A stretch of DNA of 64,000 nt. Origin: Synergistales bacterium. GTDB lineage: Bacteria > Synergistota > Synergistia > Synergistales > JAFGMB01. Positions within the stretch are counted from its first letter, which is position 1, and every line of letters begins with the position of its first letter. The stretch spans positions 832,001 to 896,000 of the forward strand of contig OY762654.1 of NCBI GenBank assembly GCA_963666205.1, written 5' to 3'. The notes under the pieces are model-generated. The model had not been told where the DNA came from. It did not search any database and worked only from the letters and a program-made list of their open reading frames with translations. The translations under genes and the position numbers were made by a program. Positions 50,787 to 59,417 of this stretch are shown in pieces.

Positions 50787-52529
50787 ATGTTCAGGATAAG
50801 ACGGGTACTTGATGACATTATTCCTGTCAACAGGGACGCGATCATACAGGTTCAACAGATGACAAGGGCTCAGTTTCCCGATATTCGGGAAACTGAGGTG
50901 GAAAAGATCCCTGATATGCTCAGAAATTCCCTTAAGTACGGATTTCAGACCATTCTTCTTATCGCCGAGGGAGAGGCAAGAAAGATCATGGGTTTTGCTC
51001 TTCTTCTCTATGATCCCCTTCTTCGTTATGCCTACCTTGATTTTATAGCGGCTGGACTGCCCCTCACGGGCAGAGGGCTTGGAAGCATCCTCTATGAAAG
51101 GATCCGAAAGGAATCACTGGAACTTGGTGCAAAGGGACTCTTTTTTGAGTGTCTTCCTGACGACCCTCTTTTGTCCAGAAATGAGGATACCCGAAAACAG
51201 AATGAATCCCGTCTTCGTTTTTACGAAAGGTATGGAGCCAGGCCGATCATTAACACACTTTACGAAACTCCCCTTACTGCTGAAGGCGATAATCCGCCAT
51301 ACCTTGTATTTGACCCTCTGGGCCAGGAAACCCCCTTGAGAAAGAACAGGGCTCGCCTGATCGTTCGTTCCATTCTCGAGAAGAAATACCCGGACCTGTG
51401 CACCCCTGAGTATACAGCAATGGTAGTATCCTCCTTCAAGGATGACCCGGTAAGGATCCGTCCACCCAGATATATAAAGGAACTTGCAAAAACTAATGTT
51501 CCAAGGGAAATACCGGAGGATGAAAAAATAGTCCTTGTGATCAATTCCGGTCATGAGATCCATCACGTGAGGGAAAGAGGATACGTGGAATCTCCTGTGA
51601 GGATAAGTGCAATTTTAAAGGAGATCGAAAACACAGGCCTTTTTATGACCAGAAAGGCCAGGCACTTTGGAAGGTCCTGGGTAACAAGTGTTCATGACAA
51701 AGATTTCATAAACTACCTTGAAAAGATCTGCCTCGGGGTCGATGGAGACAGATCTGTTTATCCCTATGTATTCCCCATAAGGAACAATGCCCGGCCGCCA
51801 AAGGAACTTTCTGTTCGTGCAGGTTACTACTGCATAGACACCTTTACCCCCTTGAACAGAAATGCCTATCTGGCAGCAAGAAATGCCGTAGACTGCACCC
51901 TGACCTGTGCCCAGTCTCTATTGAGTGGGACCCACCTCGCCTATTCCCTCGTCAGACCCCCGGGACACCATGCAGAAAGGAGAAGCTTTGGAGGATTCTG
52001 CTATCTTAACAGCACTGCCATAGCAGCCCAGTATCTTTCGGGAAAAGGACGAGTAGTCATCCTGGACATGGACTACCATCATGGCAACGGGCAGCAGAAC
52101 ATATTTTATAAGAGAAAGGATGTATTCACCATATCGATACATGGTCATCCATCCTTTGCATATCCCTACTTCAGCGGATTTAACGACGAAAAAGGACTTT
52201 TTGAAGGAGAAGGCTTTAATCTCAACATTCCTCTTGGAGAACAGGTCCACGGTGAAATATACAGAGAAGCCCTTAAAAAAGCACTGAAAAGAGTAAAAGA
52301 ATATGATCCTGATTTTCTGATCATAGCCCTTGGGCTGGACATATCGAGAAAAGACCCTACTGGAACGTGGGATCTTTTAGCAAAGGATTTTTTCCTTAAC
52401 GGAAAACTGGTAGGAAAATTGAATCGGCCAACCCTGGTAGTCCAGGAAGGCGGCTATAACACAAGGGTTCTCGGTCAGAACGCAAGAAATTTTTTCACAG
52501 GCCTCTGGCAGGGAGCATACAGGGATTAG
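50787..52529 (+). CDS. GNAT plus histone-deacetylase/acetylpolyamine amidohydrolase fusion
   Basis: N-terminal YLDFIAA..GRGLGSILY..RFYERYG; C-terminal RPPGHHA, GGFCYLN, DMDYHHGNG, QEGGY. Confidence 0.88.
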   Translation: MFRIRRVLDDIIPVNRDAIIQVQQMTRAQFPDIRETEVEKIPDMLRNSLKYGFQTILLIAEGEARKIMGFALLLYDPLLRYAYLDFIAAGLPLTGRGLGSILYERIRKESLELGAKGLFFECLPDDPLLSRNEDTRKQNESRLRFYERYGARPIINTLYETPLTAEGDNPPYLVFDPLGQETPLRKNRARLIVRSILEKKYPDLCTPEYTAMVVSSFKDDPVRIRPPRYIKELAKTNVPREIPEDEKIVLVINSGHEIHHVRERGYVESPVRISAILKEIENTGLFMTRKARHFGRSWVTSVHDKDFINYLEKICLGVDGDRSVYPYVFPIRNNARPPKELSVRAGYYCIDTFTPLNRNAYLAARNAVDCTLTCAQSLLSGTHLAYSLVRPPGHHAERRSFGGFCYLNSTAIAAQYLSGKGRVVILDMDYHHGNGQQNIFYKRKDVFTISIHGHPSFAYPYFSGFNDEKGLFEGEGFNLNIPLGEQVHGEIYREALKKALKRVKEYDPDFLIIALGLDISRKDPTGTWDLLAKDFFLNGKLVGKLNRPTLVVQEGGYNTRVLGQNARNFFTGLWQGAYRD

Positions 52530-52634
52530 TTGAACCCGAAAACTCAGCACTATCACCTTTTACTACAGCTGATAGTCGAGTTCCTGGCAGCATATGCCGA
52601 TAACGGGACATGATCATGGGGATGGTGCCGCTGT

Positions 52635-52852
52635 ATGTGGAGGTGGGGAGATAGTGGTTTTATGATGATCCTGCCCTTATTGCCGGTGATAATACTGTTC
52701 TATTTTTTTATGAAGGCCCGCTCCGGCAAGGAGAACGAAGTACCCAGACCTATACACCTCTGGAGATACTTAAGAAACGTTACGCACAGGGCGAAATAAC
52801 AAAAGAGCAATTCGAAGAGATGAAAAAGGAACTGCAAGGCATGGAACAATAG
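52635..52852 (+). pseudogene. Frameshifted SHOCT-domain membrane protein
   Basis: TM part MWRWGDSGFMMILPLLPVIILFYFFMK is in one frame; SHOCT part TPLEILKKRYAQGEITKEQFEEMKKEL is in another. Confidence 0.65.
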
Positions 52853-52931
52853 ATCCATTCGGGCAGTATTATTTTATATTTCGAAAACGGGGAATTCGTC
52901 TTTGCTGGTGAACTCCCCGTTTTGGTTCAAC

Positions 52932-52967
52932 AAAAAACATCCCCGGGCTTGGACCCCCAGGGATGTT
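52932..52967 (-). terminator. Intrinsic terminator immediately 3' of the GEMM aptamer
   Basis: AACAUCCCUGGG-N8-CCCGGGGAUGUU plus U-run; a second hairpin follows at about 52884-52923. Confidence 0.75.
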
Positions 52968-52969
52968 AT

Positions 52970-53121
52970 TCTTTAAAGGCAGCCCGGCCGGCCTGACTGT
53001 CGGTTTTACATTCAACCCAAAGAAACCTTACTCTTGCAAGATTCCTTTGAATATAAAATCCGTTTTAGTCCCGTGGCTTTGCGCCACCGTCTTTTGACGG
53101 CTTCGCTCTTATCTTTAAAGA
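52970..53121 (-). ncRNA. GEMM-I cyclic dinucleotide riboswitch, G20A variant
   Basis: UCUUUAAAG..AGC-GAA-GCCGUC-AAAA-GACGGU-GGC-GCAAAGCCACGGGACUAA..long P3..GCCGGGCUGC-CUUUAAAGA; promoter TTGCAA-N16-TATAAT at 53156-53129. Confidence 0.85.
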
Positions 53122-53364
53122 GTACCTCATTATACTTCTAATCTGATGAATTGCAACTGATTCACATGGATATCTCCGGGGAATAGCCTCCATTATATAT
53201 TTATATTCCACTCTAACTGTTTATCCCGTCTGTTTTCGATAAAAACAGGGAAAACCCGGCAAATCCTTTAAAAATAGAATAACTGCTACACCTGAGAGCT
53301 GGAATTTTTTTCTGAGACTTCAACACGATGATACAGACAGGTGATCCTGTGTTAAAATAATTTC

Positions 53365-53733
53365 ATGAATGACGAAGAAATGACTCTTGGACTCTTTATC
53401 AAGTTTCTGGCAAAGTACTCCAGCATTCTAGCCGTTTTATTTATCGTTATGATCTCCTTCAGCAAGGGACACATTCCTCAAAGCCCTTCAATGGATGATC
53501 TTGGGCTTTTTCTCTGTTTTCCTGTAGGTGTATCCATAGGCCTGCTTTTAGCTCTTAAATATGAAGGAATAGGCGGCCTTGTAACCATTACTTCCATCGT
53601 GATCTTTTATGCCTTTAATTCATATCTCTGGGGTAATTACCCCGATGAATCCTACTACCTGATCCTCTCCTTCCCATCTGTCCTCTCTCTTCTCTCATGC
53701 CTGTTGAACGACCCGGATTTCAGCAACAGGTAA
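53365..53733 (+). CDS. Hypothetical 4-TM membrane protein
   Basis: Hydrophobic ORF containing GLLLALKYEGIGG. Confidence 0.65.
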   Translation: MNDEEMTLGLFIKFLAKYSSILAVLFIVMISFSKGHIPQSPSMDDLGLFLCFPVGVSIGLLLALKYEGIGGLVTITSIVIFYAFNSYLWGNYPDESYYLILSFPSVLSLLSCLLNDPDFSNR

Positions 53734-53775
53734 CAGGGAATTTACCCCCCTTCATTCCAGATTGTCTGGAATGGT

Positions 53776-54204
53776 TCAACCCTGGAAAAATGCAAGGGTA
53801 AATTTGCGGCAGTAATCCATGAAGATTCCGTAGGGCCTTCCGGCGACAGCAAAGATAAGGGTCATCATTATAGTGGAAATAATGATCTGGTTAACAGAAG
53901 CATGGGCCAGTAACAGAACTAATACATAAAGGGGCAGTTGAAAAGAAATAAATGCCGCAGTATCTCCCAGGGCTGTCTGGATAAATGAGTCCACCTTCAG
54001 ATCAAACCTTGTGAAAAGCATATCCCTGTAACAGCCATACAGTCTTCCTGTGAGAAGATTTGTAGGTACAGCGGCAGCCCTTGCAACCAGTGACTGCATA
54101 ACTGTCATTCCGGCCGCAAAGATCTCGATCATCATACACATGGCAGTTGAAAAAAGGATCATGGCAACTGTATCTGCTAACAGCATTTTCCATGATCTAT
54201 TCAT
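53776..54204 (-). CDS. alaE: L-alanine exporter
   Basis: ADTVAMILFST, AVPTNLLTGRLYGCYRD, FQLPLY, GRPYGIFMDYCRK; start MNRSW at 54204. Confidence 0.85.
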   Translation of the reverse strand: MNRSWKMLLADTVAMILFSTAMCMMIEIFAAGMTVMQSLVARAAAVPTNLLTGRLYGCYRDMLFTRFDLKVDSFIQTALGDTAAFISFQLPLYVLVLLLAHASVNQIIISTIMMTLIFAVAGRPYGIFMDYCRKFTLAFFQG

Positions 54205-54607
54205 ATACTTATCACCTGCTTCCCATGACGTATAAGAGAACACAACAACCGATCCGGAACAGCAAAACACATCTATGCCGATATGATATCCCTTGATACA
54301 GATGAAGATGGGATAGATCGGGACTTAATCAATTACTATGACCAGAAGGAAGAGAAGTAAGGAAATGATCAGTTCCGATAATATCATGTAATTACAGGGC
54401 TCTCCACATCTATCCTATCGATGAATGCAAATCTGATCGGTCCTGAAGGCCAGTATATGACCTGCTATCTCCTGAATGAACCACTGGAAGATCCCGTAAA
54501 GGAATCCTGAAAATACATTACGAAAATATTCATTACCCGGGCAGAATATGTGATCGAAGAGGATAAGAATATAAATATGTATTTCTCCCTGTTTTATGCT
54601 AAATTAA

Positions 54608-55240
54608 ATGCAACTTCAGTGTAATGGTAAAATCCTTGAAGTGGAGGCCTGTCTTTACATGTCGTTAAAGAAGGAACCTATACCGGAACAGGATGCAGCA
54701 TATCTTTTTGTAAAGGAAATATTTTTCAACATTAATGAAAACTGGAAAGAAATACGAAGGTGGCTGGAAGAGCTGGGTAATTATTCTGACCTCGGTTTTT
54801 CAGATCACAGGAAAATCCTGGAGATAGGTCTGAATGACGAACAGGCCTGCTGTGAATTTTCACTTGCCATTCTTGCAATGGAGGTCATGAAGTTCCCACC
54901 TGAGGTTACAGGAGAAAGAAAAGACATAATTCTTGAGGGTATTTATAAGGAGCTGGCCACACTGGATTCAATTGAGGGAAATCCTTCCTGCCATCTGGAA
55001 CGGGTCCAGACATACCTGTTTCTTTCAGGTAGTACCGGGGAAGAATCAGGATCTGCACTCTCGAAAGAAAAAATGCTCTACTATTTTTACAGGAGTATGG
55101 GTATAAAAAATAAAAACGGCTGGGGAGATATATTCCTTGCCTCCAGACTGGAAGACCTGCTCATGGCATGCATTGGGGACAACTGGAAGATCTTCCATAA
55201 AAGTTTTGTCCCATCCAGGGAAAACAGGAACTTATCCTGA
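54608..55240 (+). CDS. Hypothetical protein
   Basis: 210-aa ORF; alternative start near 54659 after GGAGG. Confidence 0.55.
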   Translation: MQLQCNGKILEVEACLYMSLKKEPIPEQDAAYLFVKEIFFNINENWKEIRRWLEELGNYSDLGFSDHRKILEIGLNDEQACCEFSLAILAMEVMKFPPEVTGERKDIILEGIYKELATLDSIEGNPSCHLERVQTYLFLSGSTGEESGSALSKEKMLYYFYRSMGIKNKNGWGDIFLASRLEDLLMACIGDNWKIFHKSFVPSRENRNLS

Positions 55241-55594
55241 TATGCATTTTTTCAGTTCTGACATAACCATCCGGCTATCCACAATAAGGGTATAAAGAAG
55301 GACCATGTACTGGATACCGAATATGATGGATTCGAGCATGAAGAAACTTCCCGGTTCAGGGAAAAAGATCAGCAGAGGAGTCAGCATGGCCGAAAGGGCA
55401 AGTAACAGATATCGTATGACGGTGGTTCTTTTGCCATTCCTGCAACGGACCAGGTTAGCCAGTTTCAATAAACAGAAAACAAGGAAAATATCTGCCACAC
55501 TCCAGATCAGACCCTGCATGACCGTGAGCCTGATATATTCAGCCCTTGTAAAAGATCTTCCTATCAGGAGAATGAGTTTTTCAGACATCCCCAT
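55232..55594 (-). CDS. Hypothetical membrane protein (about 3 TM)
   Basis: Hydrophobic ORF overlapping and coupled to 55581-56225. Confidence 0.6.
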   Translation of the reverse strand: MGMSEKLILLIGRSFTRAEYIRLTVMQGLIWSVADIFLVFCLLKLANLVRCRNGKRTTVIRYLLLALSAMLTPLLIFFPEPGSFFMLESIIFGIQYMVLLYTLIVDSRMVMSELKKCISG

Positions 55595-56225
55595 ATCCCC
55601 TTCCCTCTTTTTTTAAAAACCTGTATATTCTCCAGCCCAGAAGAGCAACTATCCATTCAAAAAGAATCCAGAAAAACCCGCAGATCTTTATATAAAAGCG
55701 TGAAATGTTCATTACAGCTTTCCAGCCCATGGCACCTTTAAGTACTACTCTTAAAAAGGAAACTTCATAAAATATGTAGAAGAGCAGAAAAACTGTTATG
55801 AACGAAACCATCAGTGGATCCATCCTGTTGTTTGAGGGTGTTTTCATCTTTATTAATAAACCCTCTATCCTGAGAACATAGATGGTGATCGCCCCTTCTA
55901 TTAGAACCCAGAAGGTGCAGAAGAGTCGCCAGAGGGAAGAATGGTAATAAGAGCGAAGGGGGTATGATGATGCAACAGACCCTGGAAATACCTTCGACAG
56001 GATAAGGTCCTGGCTGAATGTCAGAAGAATAAGAAACAGGAACCCTGATGAAAGGACAAGGATAAACGGTTTCTGACTCCTCATGCTTTTAACAGGTATA
56101 AGGTAGTAATATCCCCACCTTACAAAAACAAGGCAGAAGGCTTCGGCAAAAAGCCAGAAAAGCCCCATGAACCTGGTGAAAATAAGGGTATCCCTGATCA
56201 TGAAAAACTTAAGCATTTCATTCAT
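55581..56225 (-). CDS. Hypothetical membrane protein with repeated FW-x3-E helices
   Basis: FWLFAE, FWVLIE, FWILFE. Confidence 0.65.
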   Translation of the reverse strand: MNEMLKFFMIRDTLIFTRFMGLFWLFAEAFCLVFVRWGYYYLIPVKSMRSQKPFILVLSSGFLFLILLTFSQDLILSKVFPGSVASSYPLRSYYHSSLWRLFCTFWVLIEGAITIYVLRIEGLLIKMKTPSNNRMDPLMVSFITVFLLFYIFYEVSFLRVVLKGAMGWKAVMNISRFYIKICGFFWILFEWIVALLGWRIYRFLKKEGRGYGDV

Positions 56226-56441
56226 ATCCTATTACTATCCTCACAATATTTACCAGCTCCTGATTCATCACTTCAGTCCAATAAAATTAATAATACCATA
56301 ATACTGATAGTACTGATCGCAGGAAGGAAAGACACGGCCATTCACGCTTCATCACGCTAGTGGTATAATGCAATAAAATAGTATTTCTAATGCTGTTTCT
56401 ATGGAGATGGGTTGTCTTTGTACGAGAAAGAGGTGGGTGGC

Positions 56442-56777
56442 ATGAAAAAAACATTTTTTATTGTTTGTTTCTTGATTTTTCTAACGCCCCTTGGTGTGCA
56501 TGCTTATGTCCACACTCCCCCTTCGGAGAAATTTGAGCTCGAAAGGCTTGCCTTCCTCATTAATTCTGAAACAGGAAACTTCAATGGCACATCCCTTCGG
56601 GCTTATGATAAATCTTTTCTTACGGTTTCCATGAGACCTTTCCTCAGCATACAGAACCAGGCCAACTTTTTCACGCAGAATCTGTTTAACACCTTCTATC
56701 CATTCGAGAACTACAGACCTGAAAGGATTGAGGTTGACTTTCATCCCTCTTCCTCCAGGCTGGTATTGACCTACTGA
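56442..56777 (+). CDS. Hypothetical exported protein
   Basis: GAGGTG RBS, signal peptide MKKTFFIVCFLIFLTPLGVHA. Confidence 0.6.
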   Translation: MKKTFFIVCFLIFLTPLGVHAYVHTPPSEKFELERLAFLINSETGNFNGTSLRAYDKSFLTVSMRPFLSIQNQANFFTQNLFNTFYPFENYRPERIEVDFHPSSSRLVLTY

Positions 56778-56791
56778 GATTCACCAGGCGC

Positions 56792-56837
56792 AAGTACAGA
56801 GGAGCCGGCAGATGATCCTGCCGGCTCCTCTGTACTT
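56792..56837. terminator. Hairpin with 20-bp arms between convergent genes
   Basis: aagtacagaggagccggcag-N6-ctgccggctcctctgtactt. Confidence 0.7.
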
Positions 56838-56861
56838 CAATATTCACATCTTTCTGGAATT

Positions 56862-57872
56862 CTACTTACCCGATTCAAGAGCATCTTCAACTCTCTCGAT
56901 CACGCCGGAATGTTCGGCAGGGATCCACTTGTGCCAGTGATCCCTGTTATTCCTTAGAAACCATCGGGCCGCAAGATCTGCATCGGAATCATTATCATGT
57001 ATGAACAGGAGGGCTGTCCTGTTCTGCTCAAGGGTTGTGGCATAATTACTTAAAAATGCCGAGACCTCAGGTTCCCTTTGAACAAAAGTGCTGTTAGCAA
57101 CAACGAAAGATGTTCCTTTTACCCATTCACAGGCATATCCCTTCTTCTCGTTCCACAGGTCCATATCAAAGGGAGGCTCCTCCAGCAATGTAAAATCGTA
57201 CAACCCCATTAGCCACGTGGGATCCCAGAAATAAAAAAGAACAGGCTTTCCCTTTTTATAATTGGACACAACTTCACCTATAAGTACAGTAGTACCTCCT
57301 GTCGGGAAAGATACAAAGTACTTATCCAGACCATAGGCCTGTAATTTAGCCATGTTAACCCCGTAGGCCATCCAGCTGGGAGGACCATTGAGGAATCGGC
57401 CCTTATTCTTCACCTCAGGGTCCCGGAAGATTTCCCAGTACTTTGCAAGATCATGGACAGATCTCAGGTCTGGAGCCATTGGTTCTATTCCCCGCTCGGG
57501 ATCACCTTTGACAACATAGGTCGGGACATACCAGCCCTGGCTTCCGCCGTCGTAATTGACTGAAAGCTTTACAACGGCTCCACTATCCCTTGCCTTATCC
57601 CACCATTCTTTACAGTTATTAGGCCAAAGGTCCATGTATATGTCAATATCACCCTTCTCCAGCCCTACAAGTCCTGCTATATGCTCAACAAAGAGCTGTT
57701 CCACCTTCTTTTCGTAACCATTTTCTATGATAAACCCCGCGACCCTGTCATGAAAACGAACGAGATCCCAGCCATAATCTGCAAAGGTTATCAATTCTCC
57801 GGGTGCAGCAAATGCAGATAAACAAGAAAGAAGAACCATCATCAATCCAATACAAATCCTTATCAGTTTCAT
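56862..57872 (-). CDS. Glycine betaine/proline-type ABC substrate-binding protein (OpuAC/ProX-like)
   Basis: Signal peptide, GWD, GDIDIYMDLW, QGWYVP, LFYFWDPTW. Confidence 0.85.
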   Translation of the reverse strand: MKLIRICIGLMMVLLSCLSAFAAPGELITFADYGWDLVRFHDRVAGFIIENGYEKKVEQLFVEHIAGLVGLEKGDIDIYMDLWPNNCKEWWDKARDSGAVVKLSVNYDGGSQGWYVPTYVVKGDPERGIEPMAPDLRSVHDLAKYWEIFRDPEVKNKGRFLNGPPSWMAYGVNMAKLQAYGLDKYFVSFPTGGTTVLIGEVVSNYKKGKPVLFYFWDPTWLMGLYDFTLLEEPPFDMDLWNEKKGYACEWVKGTSFVVANSTFVQREPEVSAFLSNYATTLEQNRTALLFIHDNDSDADLAARWFLRNNRDHWHKWIPAEHSGVIERVEDALESGK

Positions 57873-58268
57873 TAAAACACCTCCCGCTCAAGACTTAATA
57901 TTGCAACTCTTCATTGTATTAACTGATAATATAGTAACATATTTATTCCTCAAAGACTTCCAGTATTTTTCTGAAGTCTGCCATAACATTCTTAGATATG
58001 AACATTTCTTCCTGGCAGAAAGGATTTGGAGAGAACCAGGTTCATATCTGCCTGTTGTTTTGCTTAATCCGGCAGTTCTCAATCCAGGATCATGGAAACA
58101 TAAACCTGAAAATGGTGTAAAATGTCCATTTAAGAAGATATCCGAAGATCCAGACTGTAAAGATGCCCTGCATACAATGCAAAACTGCTTGTTAATGGGT
58201 AGTTCTACAGGGAATGGCATCTTTCATTGTGTAGATCATAAATCCATCTTCCAGGGAGTGAACCAGAC

Positions 58269-59390
58269 TTGAACAGATCGGACCTTAAGGCAACCAGAAG
58301 ACTGGTAATAAAGATCGGGACCAGTTCCATAACCCATGAATCTGGAAAGTTGAACCTCATGGTAATGGAAACCCTTGCCAGAGAGATGGCTGACCTCCAC
58401 AACAGGGGGATAGAAGTACTCCTTATAAGCTCAGGGGCAGTAGGGGCAGGAGTAGGGACCCTGGATTACAGGGAACCTGTTCAAACCCTACCGGTCAAAC
58501 AGGCTCTGGCCGCCGTGGGTCAGGGCACATTGATGCATATGTACGAGAAATTCTTTTCAGAATATAGTAAAAAGGTTGCCCAGGTTCTTCTGACCCGCGA
58601 CGTTTTTGATGATCGCCTAAGATACCTGAATGGTAGAAACACCCTGCTCTCTCTACTCAGCCTAGGGGTGATACCTATCATCAATGAAAACGACACGGTA
58701 GCTGTAGAGGAACTCAGATTTGGTGATAATGACACCCTTTCTTCCATGGTCGCATGTATTGTAAATGCAGAGCTTCTGGTAATCCTTTCAGATATAGATG
58801 GACTCTACGATTCAGATCCCAGGAACAATGCCCATGCCAGGCTGTTATACGAAGTCGGGGAAATCACTGAAGACATGGAAATCAATTCCAGAAGTAAGGG
58901 AAGCGCCCTTTCAACAGGGGGTATGTTTACGAAGCTGATGGCAGCCAGGATGGCCATGAGTTCAGGCATACCCATGGTAATAGCCAACAGCAGGGAAAAG
59001 GACATCATCAGGAAAATAGTAAATGGAGAAAAGAAGGGAACCATGTTCATACCCTCAGGGGACAGAATACAGGCGAGAAAACACTGGATAGCATTCGGGA
59101 GCCTTTCCCATGGTCGTATCAGGATAGATAATGGAGCTCAGGAAGCCCTTGTCCATTATGGCAAAAGTCTTCTGCCCTCGGGAATAATTGACGCGGAAGG
59201 AGAATTTGACAGGGGTACTATCATATCTGTCATCTCGGACAGATATAAGGAAATTGCACGAGGGATAGTCAACTTTTCCTCTGAAGAAATACGGCTGATA
59301 AAGGGAAAGCAGACTGATGAGATAGAAAGTATCCTTGGATCGAAGGATTATGATGAAGTAATTCACAGGGATAATCTGACCATCATGTAA
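58269..59390 (+). CDS. proB: Glutamate 5-kinase
   Basis: VIKIGTS, SSGAV, AAVGQ, INEND, FGDNDTLS, TGGM.TK, PUA domain. Confidence 0.96.
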   Translation: MNRSDLKATRRLVIKIGTSSITHESGKLNLMVMETLAREMADLHNRGIEVLLISSGAVGAGVGTLDYREPVQTLPVKQALAAVGQGTLMHMYEKFFSEYSKKVAQVLLTRDVFDDRLRYLNGRNTLLSLLSLGVIPIINENDTVAVEELRFGDNDTLSSMVACIVNAELLVILSDIDGLYDSDPRNNAHARLLYEVGEITEDMEINSRSKGSALSTGGMFTKLMAARMAMSSGIPMVIANSREKDIIRKIVNGEKKGTMFIPSGDRIQARKHWIAFGSLSHGRIRIDNGAQEALVHYGKSLLPSGIIDAEGEFDRGTIISVISDRYKEIARGIVNFSSEEIRLIKGKQTDEIESILGSKDYDEVIHRDNLTIM

Positions 59391-59417
59391 AACCCGGTCT
59401 GAAAGAGAGGTTAAATA

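Noticed and set aside
57880-58268. T-box leader or 123-aa gene upstream of proB
   Set aside because: No GGTGG-ACC T-box or terminator pattern seen; the ORF has no RBS or motif
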